From positions 682,001-746,000 of the forward strand of contig MU058418.1 in assembly GCA_013265495.1 (NCBI GenBank): a DNA stretch of 64,000 nt, read 5' to 3'. The DNA comes from Vicugna vicugna. Lineage: Eukaryota. The translations under genes were made by a program, and so were the position numbers. Below, in pieces: positions 51,836-64,000 of the stretch; position 1 is the stretch's first letter; the number at the start of each line of letters is the position of its first letter. The notes beneath the pieces were generated by a model. The model did not search any database. It saw nothing but the letters and a program-made list of their open reading frames with translations, and was not told where the DNA came from.

Positions 51836-54444
51836 CTGCACCACAGAGCCGCAAGGGCGAGGCAGCAGCTGTCCTCCGAGTTTGCCCTGAGGAGAGGACA
51901 CAATCACAGTCTCACACACACATACACGAAATAGATAACCCCCAACCTAAAGGAGTAGAGGATTGAGGTACAGACCTGAATGGTCCTCCAAGGGTATGTA
52001 CAAGAACTGGAGGAAGGCAGGGAGGCTTCCTGGAGGACATGATCCTTGGAGGACAGGAGATCCAATTTTTGGTGCTAGTGGACGTGACTTTGTCTATCTG
52101 CATGGCCAGAGTAAGTTATTCCATGTGTCTTGCCCATCAGAGGGGCTCGATAATTATTGTCAAGTTCACTGATTAACAAATGTAATACCACTAAGACCAG
52201 ACCGAGTAACCACCTTCCAGGGCATAACTCGGTGTCTCTGCTCCTTAATGCTGACCTCTGGTGGGCCCACTGCTCTGTATACACATTGCCTTCCAGGACT
52301 TAGCACTGGACCTCCAAACTGGACCAGCATTCACTTCCTTGAACCATCACAGAAATTGCTGGCTTTAAGCACTAAATCCCCATCCTGGCCTGGCAGTGGA
52401 CTCCTTATCTCCAATTAGTCCCACTATCTCCCAGTGAAGCTCCCCACCCTCCAGCTCCAGGGCTAAAAGTGAAAGGAATGGGGACTGAGGCCTAGACTCG
52501 ATGGACACTACCATCTCCACAGCTGCATCATTGACCTGAGGGCAGTTGCCATATTTTTCCCTTGGTTCCTGGCTCTTTGCCCAAGTGGTGCTGGTAGCTG
52601 GGCAGAGCTTTGACTTCCACCCTATAAGAATCCACCAGCCTGTCTCATGGCAAAGAGAAGAGCCGGCTCCCTCTGCCCTAGGGCTCAGGTGCTCCCGTGC
52701 AATAAATTGCTGGCAGCCAGCAAATGTGCATCAGCAACGGGGTAGAGAGAGGAGGGAATTTTAAATGAGTCTTAAGGGATTGGAAAATTATTTGGTGAAA
52801 TGTTCCTAAGCTTTTTCTACTTAATACCCATAAATTTCAGGGGCCATGTGTGCTAACAGCTTTTGATTTATGATGTCTTTATTCTTGCATTGTATTTAAG
52901 CCAAATTATGAAAAGGTAGCAAGAGTAAAAAGAACCCTTTAAAAATGCTTTGGGATCCATCATGGGATCGAGCCATTTCTGTCAATCCTTGCCACCACTT
53001 GGTTAAAACAAGGGCTCTGGGTGCTGACAGCCGAGTAGCTAATTGGTATTGGACACCAGCCAACCAGGAGTCCTCTTCTTAAAAACTTTTCCCTCCCCTC
53101 CTCCAGCCCCCTGCCTCCAGTAAGACCTTTTCATGGATGCTGAGGCCAAGGAGGAAAGCCTGCCTTGGGTAAGCTTTGTGGGGCCAGGTCTCACTCAGCT
53201 GCCACAGCACAGAGATATTCCCAATACTGCTAATTAAAATGCCCACAGTCAACCAGTATGCTCCTGTTTCACTGCCCAGGGGTTGCAAAGCTCCCTGCTA
53301 ATGCTGAACACAAATTAACTAAATGCCGTGTCAGCCTTTCTTGTCCCATTACAACGTTATTGTCATATTTATTAGCACAATTCCCTGTAGGACACTGGTT
53401 GGAATATCTGAAAAGTGAGTTAAGCACTCTCCTTAGCTAGATGGGGAAAATACTGGGCCGTTTCCCTGAGCACACATCAACCTTGCAATTTGTGCTCACA
53501 GCAACTCCCTGCCAAAGACAAGCCGCCCCACCAGTGTTCCTGCACTGGACAGGGATGTTCTTGCAAACTGTAATCGTCTTCCATTCACGCGACTGTAAAA
53601 TGACAAGATTGTTGCCACTGCTTTTATTTCAAAGAACAGTTCTGTTATCCAATTACTAGAATTTAACAACCTACAGCACTTCCATGAATTAATTACAGTC
53701 TGAGGGGAAAACAAACACAAACTTCACCCACCACGTTGTTCTAAATCACATCAACCTAATTGCTTGATATTCAGAATTCAGTTTACTTTTGCACATCTCC
53801 CGCAATTACTCCCTCCCGCTTTGTCTGTCTGCCTGCCTGCCTGCTTCTGCACTCATTTGTGGGATACGTATTTTACCCAGAGTAATAGGAAAGCTGAATG
53901 AGGAAAAAAGGGGGGAAAAAACTTCTTTGGAATGTTCAACAAGGAAGGAAAGACACTTTACTACTACAATTTTGTTCTTTGGCAGCAACAAGAACACACA
54001 TCCTGACACCTTCCTTCTTCCTCCTTGTCCACCAGAAAAATATTCTGAAGTCATGTAGCAGGAGATAGTTAAAGATCTAAATACTATATATAAAGTCTGT
54101 GTGGAGAATCTGTGCGGAGAATTAGGGTCAGGGGAGTGATATGTGAGCGATGTTTTAAAAGACAGAATTTCATCACATGGAGAAGTGAGGGAAGCGAATT
54201 CTAGGATATGGAAAGAGAAAGTGAAAAAACACAGTCTTTGAGAATGTATAGGAAAGGGCAAAATGCTCATATAGCCTTTTTCATTTCTATTTTTGCAAGT
54301 TTTGCATATTATGTTTTATAATATGTATGATGCATTAATATCGTTGTGTGTACATAATCTATGAATATACATATATTGGGAATGTGCACTCAAGGAACTA
54401 TGATGGAGAACATGGTCCAGACATTTGGTACCCATTGAGTGTAA

Positions 54445-54930
54445 GCAATGGAATCTACCCAAGATGTTTAAGCAATTGAGTGACTAGAGTGCATCGTGTC
54501 TTACAAAGGTAACCTTGCTGCAGTGCACAATTGGGTGACGGGAGGAGGAACTGCAGGCAGAGGGGTGTGGCCAAAGGCCCTGAATATGGTCCAGGGAGGG
54601 GTGTCACTGAAGGCCTAAGCAAGGGCAATAGAGGGTGGAGGGAGAAGGGGGAAGTACCAGAAACTCTTCTGGAAGTAGCATCAACAAGGACGTGGTTTAT
54701 AATTCAAAGGCATGGGGTGAGGAGAGTTAGGGATTCTGAAACCGTTATCTTGGGTAGCTGGGGAGGCAGTGATTGCTTTCATGAAGTCAGAATAAAGGAG
54801 AAAGAGAAGAAGTGGCGAAGGGGGAAAATAACGAGTCCAGTTTTGGCAATGTTGAGTTTAGGGTACCTGCAGAACATGTAGGTGGAGATGTCCATCAAAA
54901 CAGTTAAAATTCTAAACTGGAACTTGGGAA
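54445..54930 (-). mobile_element. L2 fragment
   Basis: 'gagtccagttttggcaatgttgagtttagggtacctgcagaacatgtaggtggagatgtcca'. Confidence 0.65.
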
Positions 54931-56159
54931 GCTAGCCAAGCAAGTCTTTGCATACAAAACCCCTTCACGTAACCACTCATCCCCCTTTCTGTCCATACAT
55001 CCTCTGATCCATCTGGAAAACATGAGGAGCAGCTCTGTATCAGGCTTGAGGCTCACGTGGTCTGGGAAAGGGGCAGTTAACACAAAGGCTGCTCCTGGGC
55101 TGGGTACACATTCTCACTCCACTCCCTGCCTGCCACATCGGGAAATCTTCAGTTGGCGCATCAGGTGGTAAGGGAATAAATAAAGTCACCCAGAAAGTCC
55201 CCAGGAAAACCCCTGGCCCTCAGGCAAGGCAGCTGTCCCAGTTCTTTCTCTCAATGCCTGGACATCAACCAAAACATGACAGGCCAGTCAAAGCCAATTC
55301 ATACCATCAAATGTGAGAGAGGAGAGTGCTTGAGTTATACGTTGTAGCAATGTATTTTCAAAGTTCTCCACCTCTATTCTTATCATATATTACCCTTCCT
55401 GAAATCAGGGATTCTAGGAAAACTTTACAGGCTAACGCTTACAGTGGCTCTGGTCTGGGATTCAATAATGCAGGATTTTTATCCTAACCCTACTACTGTC
55501 CTAGACCCTGCAGCAAGGGTGCATTAGTCTCCTCGCAACGAAGCTTGTTGCCCACTACACAATGCATCCAAACATCAGTGTTAAAATTCAGGCCACAATA
55601 ATTATTATTCACTTTCAGCAAGTTAACTTCTCAGGAATAAGAGGGAACTCTCATATTGAAGAGTTCAAGAAAACTAGTCAAAGGGATGAACGTTAGATTA
55701 ATAATTTTAACTCGAATAGAATCTGGATCCTCAAGACTCCCCCACCCAACTGGTGCACAAGCATCTTAGGAAATCCTACTGGGAGAGGTAGAATGTGCAG
55801 TGGGAGCTGTGTCCACAAGCATAAACTCTGGGGCGCTATCACTACAACCCTCCTTGTTGAGTTCCATCAATTTTAGGAACTTTGTGAACTTGCACTGCTT
55901 GGCAGGGAGGAGAGAGCAGGAGGTTCCAGGTGCCACTTTAAAAACATTTGGAGACATCAGACCACCTCCTCTGCCGTGAGGGGAGAGTTGGAACATTTGT
56001 AAAGTAGGTCCCTTGGCCATCTGGAGCGGATATAGCAGATATGTGACTGATTAAAAATTCAAAGAATTGTAGGTGTTTGCTAAGCCATAAGAGACCATTA
56101 TGAGGCACATTTACCATTGACAGTTACAGGAAATAGATGAAAATGGTCAGACAAAGCAC

Positions 56160-56542
56160 TGTTATGCACTGAACTGTGTACCCCCAAAATTCGTATGTTG
56201 AAGGCTTAACCCCCAATGTGATTGCATTTGGAGAAAGGGCTTTTAAAGAGGTAATTAAGATTAAACAAGGTCATAAGAGTGGACCCTGATCCAATAGGAC
56301 CACTGTCCTTATAAGAAGAAGGAGAGACACCAGGGATACTCAACGCACAGAGGAAAGGCCATGAGAGGACACAGCAAGAAGGTAGCCATTTATAAGCCAA
56401 GGAGAGAAGCCTCAGGAGAAGTGAAACCACTAACACTTGATCTCGGACTTCAAGTCTCCAGGATGGTGAGAAAATAAATTTCTGTTGTTTAAACCACCCA
56501 GTCTCTGGTATTTCATTATGGCAGCCCAAGGAGACCAACACT
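56160..56542 (+). mobile_element. MaLR solo LTR (MLT1A/B-like)
   Basis: 'tgttatgcactgaactgtgtacccccaaaattcgtatgttgaag...gagaaaataaatttctgttgtttaaaccacccagtc'. Near-TSD agcac/ggcac. Confidence 0.9.
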
Positions 56543-57696
56543 GGCACTATGAATACATTTGCTTCTTTAGTAACAAATCACTGCTGTTTTCATCCAATAA
56601 ATATATAATCAAAACAAGTACAACTTGTTTTTGTGAACTTGCTTGTTTTCTTTGTTGTATTTTGTGCTTCTGGTTGTTCCTCATATTACTTGTGAATCAG
56701 CCCAGCCTACTCCTCTCTCTAATCCAAACAGGATTCGTCATTACATGGGGTGGAAGTTCCATCCCTCTCGCTGACGCTGAAGACAGGGTGAGGATGATTA
56801 CAGGTTCTGCTGATTTGCAGCACTTTGTGCAAGTGAGGGCTGCCCAGAATGCCCCCAGTCAAAAGGGACCCACCTGGAGAAAAAGGTATGTCTTCTTCAG
56901 TCCCACTGAGGTGCCCACCGCAGGTTCTCTGTTCCACATTGACCCTTTAAGTCAAAGAGGCCAAAGAGATAAAACCGCTGCCCTAAAGACTTTTTATCCC
57001 ACTTCTGAGGGCGGTTTGGTCACAGAGAGGGGACAGTTAGTAAGTGAAAATGATAGTGCCACACAGCATCATCTAAACAAGCAGGGCCCAGAGGGGGACA
57101 TGAAAATGTCCAGCTGCCTTCATGGTCGTGAGACATGGACCTATCATAGCGCCTCTGATGTCACATCACATACATCACATCTGAGCTCCTCGTCACCCTG
57201 AGACAGACTTCACATTACATATTGAGACAGGGAGTCCAGCAGCCCTGACTTCCAGGGCAGACGTTCTCTCACCAGAAGGCCAAGCTTGCTGTGACATATG
57301 ATCTTGCGCAGGAGCTGGCAGGGAGTCTGAATGGCAGCTGCACAACTGTGGGCAGCCTGAAGGCTGACAGCAAGCCTGGCGGTCAGCTGCACATCACTGG
57401 GAATGGCCACTCCCAGAAAGGCAGCCAGAAGTCCACAGTGTGGCTCAAACCTCCCCAGAGGTAGAGTCACCAACAGGGACACTCTCTAAAAGCTGCTCTG
57501 AAAGCCAAAGAATAACTTTTCCAGGAGACATTTTGGGAAGGATTCATACAATCACAGTCTCTACAGGTGAACTGAGGATTTCAGCTCCAAATCCTCAGAC
57601 CAGAGACAGGGGAAGCCTAGTGCACAAAACATTGCTTACCAAACTTCAGATCCTTAGCTACAACCTTTGCAATATTTGTCATGTCTGAACACCTCC

Positions 57697-58194
57697 TATG
57701 ATGGTTAATTTTATGTGTCAACTTGATTGGACCATGGGGTAACCAGATATTTGGTCAAACATTATTCTGAGTGTATCTGTGAGGGTGTTTTTAGTTGAGA
57801 TTAGTTAAGATTAGCATCTGCAGACTGAGTAGAGCAGATTTGCCCTCTCTAATGCAGGTAGGGCTCATCCAATCCGGTGAAGGCCTGAATAGAACAAAAA
57901 AGGCTGAGTAAGAGGGAACTCCTCTTGCTCTTGCCTGATGGCCTTTGAGCTGGGACATTAGTTTTTTTCCTGCTTTCAGACTTGAACTAAAACGCCAACT
58001 CTTCTTGGGTCTGGAATCTGACAGCTTTTAGACGGGAACTACACCACTGGCTCTCCTGGGTCCAGCTTGCTGACCGTAGATCTTAGGACTTCTCAACTTC
58101 CATAATCATGTGAGCCAATTCCTTATAATAAATCTCTATCTATACTCTATCTATCTATCCTATTGATTATGTTTCTCTGAAGAACCCTAATATA
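57697..58194 (+). mobile_element. ERVL MLT2-like solo LTR inserted into a MER113-like hAT element (about 57628-58365)
   Basis: 'gatggttaattttatgtgtcaacttgattgg...tgtttctctgaagaaccctaatata'. Near-TSD cctcc/ccttc. The flanks rejoin into an hAT-like sequence. Confidence 0.88.
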
Positions 58195-58554
58195 CCTTCT
58201 GTACCATATTTACTTGATAGCTACTAAATTTTAAATAGCCTATTTAAATAAATGCATTTTAAAAGGCAACTTTGTCATATTCACAAATTTAAATCAAGTA
58301 TTTTTGCCAAAAATATAAATACATAGGCTAACCATGAAATTAAATATACACTTATTAAAATAATAGTTCTCTTGAAAACTTCTGATGGTAGCTGTATATA
58401 AAGCAAAACTTCTATTTCTCATTTCAGTCCCTAGTAAATGGAGATCAATTATATTTTATAGTGAATTATATCCTCTTTTCAAGTGGAAAATCCTTTTCTC
58501 TTAGGCATCAAAAATAATCCACAATCCACAATACAACAGAAAGAATGCCATTAC

Positions 58555-59075
58555 TGTGTTTTCCAGTTATCAGCTGCTACATTTAAACCTATGCTAGACT
58601 TTGTGGCTTATTATGTAGGTCTCACCATTTTGTGGGTCAGGAGTTCAGAAAAGGCTAGACTGGGCAGTTTGTATCTGATCCTTGTGGCATCAGCTGGAGA
58701 GGCTAGGACAGGAGGAGCCACTTCTAAGGCAGTTTCTTCACTCACATGTCTAGTGTCTCTGTGTTTCCTGCCTCTTTCTTTCTACCCTTGGTGTTTGATC
58801 CTCCAGGGCCTCTCCACGGAGCTTTGCCTTCTCATGGCCTGGCAGCCCTGGGGCAGCCACACTTCTTACGTGGTGGCTCTGGGTTCCAAGGGCAGGCATT
58901 CTGAGAGTCCTGGGTTGAACTGCAAGGCTCCTTATATTTGTCCTGGAACATCACTTTCACCACATCCTATGAGCCAAGCAAGTCACTTAGGACAGCCCAG
59001 AGTTAGGGGGAGGGAAGCCTCAGTTCCACGGAAGTAATGTCAAAGAGTCTGCAGCCATCTTTATTACTTCACCCT
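58555..59075 (-). mobile_element. Older MaLR LTR (MLT1G/H-like)
   Basis: 'ttttgtgggtcaggagttcagaaaaggctagactgggcagttt...tcacttaggacagcccagag...aaagagtctgcagccatcttta'. Confidence 0.7.
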
Positions 59076-59723
59076 ATTCTTACGTACTGAACAAGGAGAA
59101 AGTCCTCAGGCACGGGATTTCCGCATCATGGATAGAAGTGCACCATGCATCTAGAACTAGGGCAGGAGCCAGGTCACACTGGAGAAAAGGCATCGGTTTG
59201 AATGCCTGGCTTTGGGACCACTTATATCACTTATTGGGTAACCTTGAGCCAGTTGCTTAAATTCACTGCCTCTCATGGGTTTTGTCTGTAAAGTGGAATA
59301 ATGATACTTTCCAGGCTGTTGTGTGGATACCTAGTAAAAAGCCTTACTTTCTTTACTCAGTAAGCGTTAATGTTTTTAAGCAAACCCAGAGGATAGTGAA
59401 GATTTTACAAAAGTATTTTCACTGTATTTGTGATAAAACTTACGCATAATCTGAAGGAGGAGAATGAGACATGATCGAAGGGGCCTTCTCACGCAGCTTA
59501 AAGCTGCAGTTTTTGGAGGACATTTTCTAGCAAGTATCTTCTTCAAATGTCAAAGTTACCCCCAAATTCCTGCCATGATATTTGAGATAGCTCTGCTTAG
59601 TAATCATGTAGGGAGCTGGCAAAACAGCACCATTCTTTTTCTTAGCCATAATTAATCAGGTGTTTGGGGAGGTCGAGAGAGTAAAATGCATGGCAGGTTG
59701 GCACACTGTGATCCACAGGTGCT

Positions 59724-60405
59724 CAGCGGTGGTGATAACACCCCTGTAGAGGGGCATTTTGGAAATGTGTTGGAGATGGTTTTACCCGGTCCAATGCTGG
59801 GGGCAGGGTGAGCATTACTATACTTAGAGGGCAGAGGCCAGAGATGCTGGGTGCACGGAGCTGTCCCACATAATAAAGCACTGTCTCAACACACAGTCAC
59901 GTAAGTGAAGACCTCGTTTTTCTGAACCTAGAACTAACTTCATTTTATGTATAAACATAATGTAATTCTGTTCAGCTATAATACTTTCCAGGAATGCAAC
60001 TAGTACATAAGTCAAGGGAAGACTGTTCTCTGTTTTGTTCAGAATTGCAAGAGTTGTTTACCATTTTGGAAAATCATGTCATTGGAAGCAGCATGAGCTC
60101 ATGTTGTCCGAGTCCTCAATACCACATGCCTGTTTGGGTCTGCAGTAGAGGTAGCGGACGGCAAGCACCTGATCACTCCACGTGTCATCCAGAGTGGGGT
60201 GCCTGCACTGGAAGTAGTTACGAATTACATTGCCTTCATTCTTCTTCGTATCTCGGTTATGACATCATGCTGATTTTTCTTAAATCATGGGTGTGGGTGG
60301 GTTAGATTATCTGGGAAATTCACTTCAGAATTGTAAACAGGGCATTAAAAAATATTTGTAATAAAAATGAGGGTTGAGTCCAACAGGCCTCAGAGTCCAC
60401 TGCTT
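59724..60405 (+). mobile_element. hAT-Charlie MER20B-like element
   Basis: 'ggggcattttggaaatgtgttggag...gcagaggccagagatgctg...tgtttaccattttggaaaatcatgtca'. Confidence 0.55.
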
Positions 60406-60629
60406 TAAGAGAAGTTTGCTGTGGATCAAAAATGCCTTTCCCAGTGGAAACACCAGGGAATCATTTCCTTTCTGGAACCTGCTGGACCTGGGAACCGCCC
60501 AGCCCGGCCAAGCAGAAGGAGCTAGTTCTAAAGCATGAAAGAGCTCTTTCTCTTCAGCCCTCACAGGTGAAAAGACACGGACGCCTCGTCAGCTTTTCAA
60601 AACTGAAGGAAAGACTCAGCAGACTTCAT

Positions 60630-60826
60630 ATGGCCATGTGACCCAAGGCAAGTTAACATAAGCCTCAGTTTCCTCATCTGTGTAATGGAGATAAAAATAG
60701 CCCCTCCTATATTGACTTCCTCTGTGGATCAAATAAAAAAAAATGAGATAAAGCATGTTTAGTGCTTCCCTCAGCATCCCTGAGCGTATGGTACTCAATA
60801 AATGGAAACATGGATTTATTATCATT
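60630..60826 (+). mobile_element. MIR SINE
   Basis: Well-preserved core 'tgtgacccaaggcaagttaacataagcctcagtttcctcatctgtgtaatggagataaaaatag...tactcaataaatgg'. Confidence 0.85.
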
Positions 60827-63800
60827 TGTATTTCACTTTACAGTTTACAAAACCCATTTCCATATCCTGTTTCCTTTGAACTTTATATACATTATCCCAA
60901 GTAAACCTTCTCAACAACTTCTGAAATATTATAGCCTATGATCTAATACAGTAGGGATAACGCCAAAGAGTGCATACGCCCTTTCCACAAAACTACGCTG
61001 CCTCTGCCTGCGCCAGCATTATCATTAATTTAATCCTTCATTCATTTTTTCATCCATTTAACAAATATTTATTGAGCATTTGCCATATTCAAAGCACTGG
61101 GCCTCAGTTGTGGGGACCAACAGGAATACCATTCCCATAAGGAAGGGAGGTTCAGGGAGGCCCAGAGTTGCCATGATACTTGCCCTGGGTCACACTGGTA
61201 GCCATGAAACAAGACTTTTCCCATTCAAAATCCATGCTGCTCCATTTGGATTTACTATGTACAGCTCTGAGGACAAAAGGAGGCCCTCACAGGAGGAAGA
61301 AGTTACTGGAGGAAGAAGCTGCGGGAACCTCCCTTGCTAACAGTTAGAGCTTCCAACAAGGGAAGGGGTAGCGTCTTGAGGAGGGACACTAGAAAAGAGA
61401 CTGAGGCTTGCCCTGGGAGGGAGGTTGTCAAAACCCATTCACTCAAAGGATCTGGGAATCACGTAGAGACCTCTTCACAGAGAATTGGTTTTTACTTTTA
61501 ACTATTCCCTTCAAATGTCAGATGATTTCCCCTCAAGCTCATTATTTAGGTTGTTACTTTAACCTTCCAGCTTCCACAGAGAGGTGAGCTGGCTGCAAAA
61601 TGGTCTGGGATGTAAGTGAACCCATGGTCCCAATATAAATTCTCCTCATTCTGTCCCAAATCTCTATTCTCACAGATGAAAAAGAAAACCCCCTTGAAAC
61701 TGATAACCCATCTACCAGGTACACAAGCAGAATATTGGAAATCTCAACCAAAGAGCTGCTTGGGTCTGCCTAACTTTGCCCAGGAAGCCATACAACCCAC
61801 ACTGTCCACTGTTAGAAACTTATAAGGACCAGTTACATCTTTGGTCCCATGGAACTTTCTTTCCTCAGGCATGAAAATGTCAAATATAGTCATAAATGCA
61901 GTAGTCTAACCGAAATAGATTTTTCAAAAATGACTATACTTCCCATTTATTCCACACTCTTCCGGTTTCAAGCCAAGTAGTAAGAACTCAATTTCTCTTT
62001 ACTTGACCCTAGCAGATTTGGGCTGCTTCCAAGGAAACACGTGTAAGAGACAAACTTTTCTGAGTGTGCTTTTCCTTCCTCTGCTATCAGAGAACTTTTA
62101 GGTCCTTTATTCTCTACTAGGTTCATGCCAAGCGACCTCTAAAAAAAGGGCAATAGAAAGAAAGGACCAGTCCACTATACCAGCACATATCTTTGGCCCT
62201 CACACTGTCACACACATTGCACCCCAACCTGAATGTTTACCTTCAATTCCCTAGAGAGAGCTTATATTCACCTGGTCTCATTAACACAATGCAGAGTTGT
62301 ACAGGTTCTCACTGCGGGACCAATTAACTATTTCCACCTCAGGCACCAACACAGCCCCACCACACAGTTTGCCCTCATTATTTATGCTAAATGTTTGCTA
62401 TTAATTACATTACAAACACTCAGTACAGGGGTATTTTTTCACACTGTGGGTGGTGATCTCAGGCATTAGAGCCTGTTGAGTTTTGGTGTTTTTTTTTCCA
62501 CTGTTTCTATGCTTTGTTTGTAATTTGTGCACCAAGATTTAAAGCTTTCTACAACTTTCCACCTGAAGCATTTTTCCAAATGAAGTTTTAAAAGTGTAAT
62601 AATCAAAAACCCTTGAGCATCTTTTGACCTGAAAGGGGGCATTCTCATAGAAGGGGAAAGCACTGACGGCTATTGTATTGACCTGCAAATCTCACGGCAA
62701 AGTCCCCCAGCATAGGATGCAATGGCAACAGCATGAACCAAATCAGTGACCACAGGTTTCTCAGGACTGAAAAATGATAGAATTCTATTCCCACAGTGGA
62801 GTTCTTTACTGATCAATAAACCCAATGCTTCACAAAACATTTTTGAGTTATTCATTGTGGGAAAAATAGCATATCTTAAAAGCTAATTGTATGATCAAGC
62901 CTTGACATCACCATAATTTCCCAATAGTGAGGGTGCTAAATCCTAAAGGACTGTGAAGGAAAGAGGTCAGCCTCTTTTCTGGAAGGTCCAAAGAATGAGA
63001 ATGATTTCTATTGACTTGTAATAGTTTAGAAACAGGCCCAAAGGAATTGATTACATAATGCAACCTCCAAATCCCGGCTTCAAAACAAAAAGCATGAACA
63101 CTCCAAAGTTGGTTTTCACCTTGGGTTTTTCTCTTCAATTCTTCCTTTCCAAAGCCCTGTCAAAATAGGATTCAAATCCTGAGGCCAGCCTCAGGCCACC
63201 TCAAAGACTGCATCCAAGGTTGCATTCACACATGGTCACTGTGAGTGTTAACATCAGCCGGGTGAGAGGGCTCAGGGCCTGGCTCCCGACAGCAGGGAAA
63301 AACACACTCCTTGGTGTTCAACCCTGGTTTTCTCATCAGAAGAGTGATGTCCCAGGATGACTTGTGAACAAATATGAAAGGGAACACAGAAATTTTTCCT
63401 TTAGTCCAAAAGAAAACGGCCCAAGGTCTGTGAGCTGACAGCCATATGCTACTGTTGACTATTACTGAAGCCTTTCAAACAGCACCAGGGGATTATAGGA
63501 GGCGAAATGATGGAAGGCAGGTGGACTAAGCTTACTGGAAGTCCTCACTGGAAGGGGGATAGAATAGGTCTCTCTTCTGAGTTTTATCTTGGTACCTCTT
63601 TGTCCAATGCCATTTTCCCTAGGCTGGACTGGGACCCAACCAGCATAACTTTTTGCTCTGCCCACATCAGCATTTGCTCCCAAATTAAAAGCCCATTTTC
63701 ACGAAAGGCTGCATGTTTCTTCAGGATGAATTTCAAGTCATTGTTTCTGTTTTGAAAGAATTATGGCTTTTGCTCTAGGATGGTCAGCACAGGGAGAGAA

Positions 63801-64000
63801 AAAGGGCAAAGGCTTTTGTTACCAAATATTCAGCTCCCAAAAGTTGAGTCACCATCACAGGGCTAACCAGACAACGCCACCACCTTTCAAAGCACAGCAT
63901 TGATGCTATTTTTCCCTGGCACATTAATTTTCTCACAGCAGCCAACTCCACTCCTCTGCTTCTGTATTGAATGCTTTATGGAGACAGAAAGGCCACCACT

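Noticed and set aside
56485..57201. Longest ORF in the track (238 aa, +)
   Set aside because: Starts at a TTG inside an MLT1 LTR, has a low-complexity F/C/L stretch from T-rich DNA and no recognisable domain. Most likely a chance ORF.
58483..59037. 184-aa ORF (+)
   Set aside because: Lies almost wholly within an old antisense MLT1 LTR and starts at GTG.
1..64000. CRISPR arrays, tRNA/rRNA/snoRNA genes, processed pseudogenes, intact retroelement ORFs, CpG-island promoter
   Set aside because: None recognised by eye. An Infernal/tRNAscan and tblastn search would be needed to exclude small or degenerate ones.

Overview
Mammalian (eutherian) genomic DNA covering the 5' half of SCML4 (Scm polycomb group protein like 4) on the minus strand. 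Four coding exons have canonical AG/GT boundaries and splice in frame: 25539-25325 (ATG at 25480), 6991-6862, 5525-5325 and 1179-985. Together they give 682 nt of CDS encoding two AT-hook-like GRK/GRP motifs and the SLED (DUF3588) domain. The downstream exons, including the SAM domain, lie left of the window, and the first non-coding exon probably lies right of it. The rest is intron, densely filled with old L1, L2, L3/CR1, MIR, MaLR/ERVL solo LTRs and hAT/TcMar MITEs, plus two short young L1 3' stubs with target-site duplications. I recognised no Alu, B1/B2, Bov-tA/BovB, PRE, ERE or SINEC, and the L1 tails look cetartiodactyl, so a camelid is my best guess. I found no convincing new biological system. 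The best leads are an in-frame, stop-free '5'UTR' in the first coding exon, a candidate alternative first exon in intron 2, inverted L1 fragments flanking two exons, and several candidate NF-kB/CRE/homeodomain enhancer clusters. Repeat family names come from recalled consensus sequences and repeat boundaries are approximate unless TSDs are given. Exon numbers follow my recollection of the human gene.
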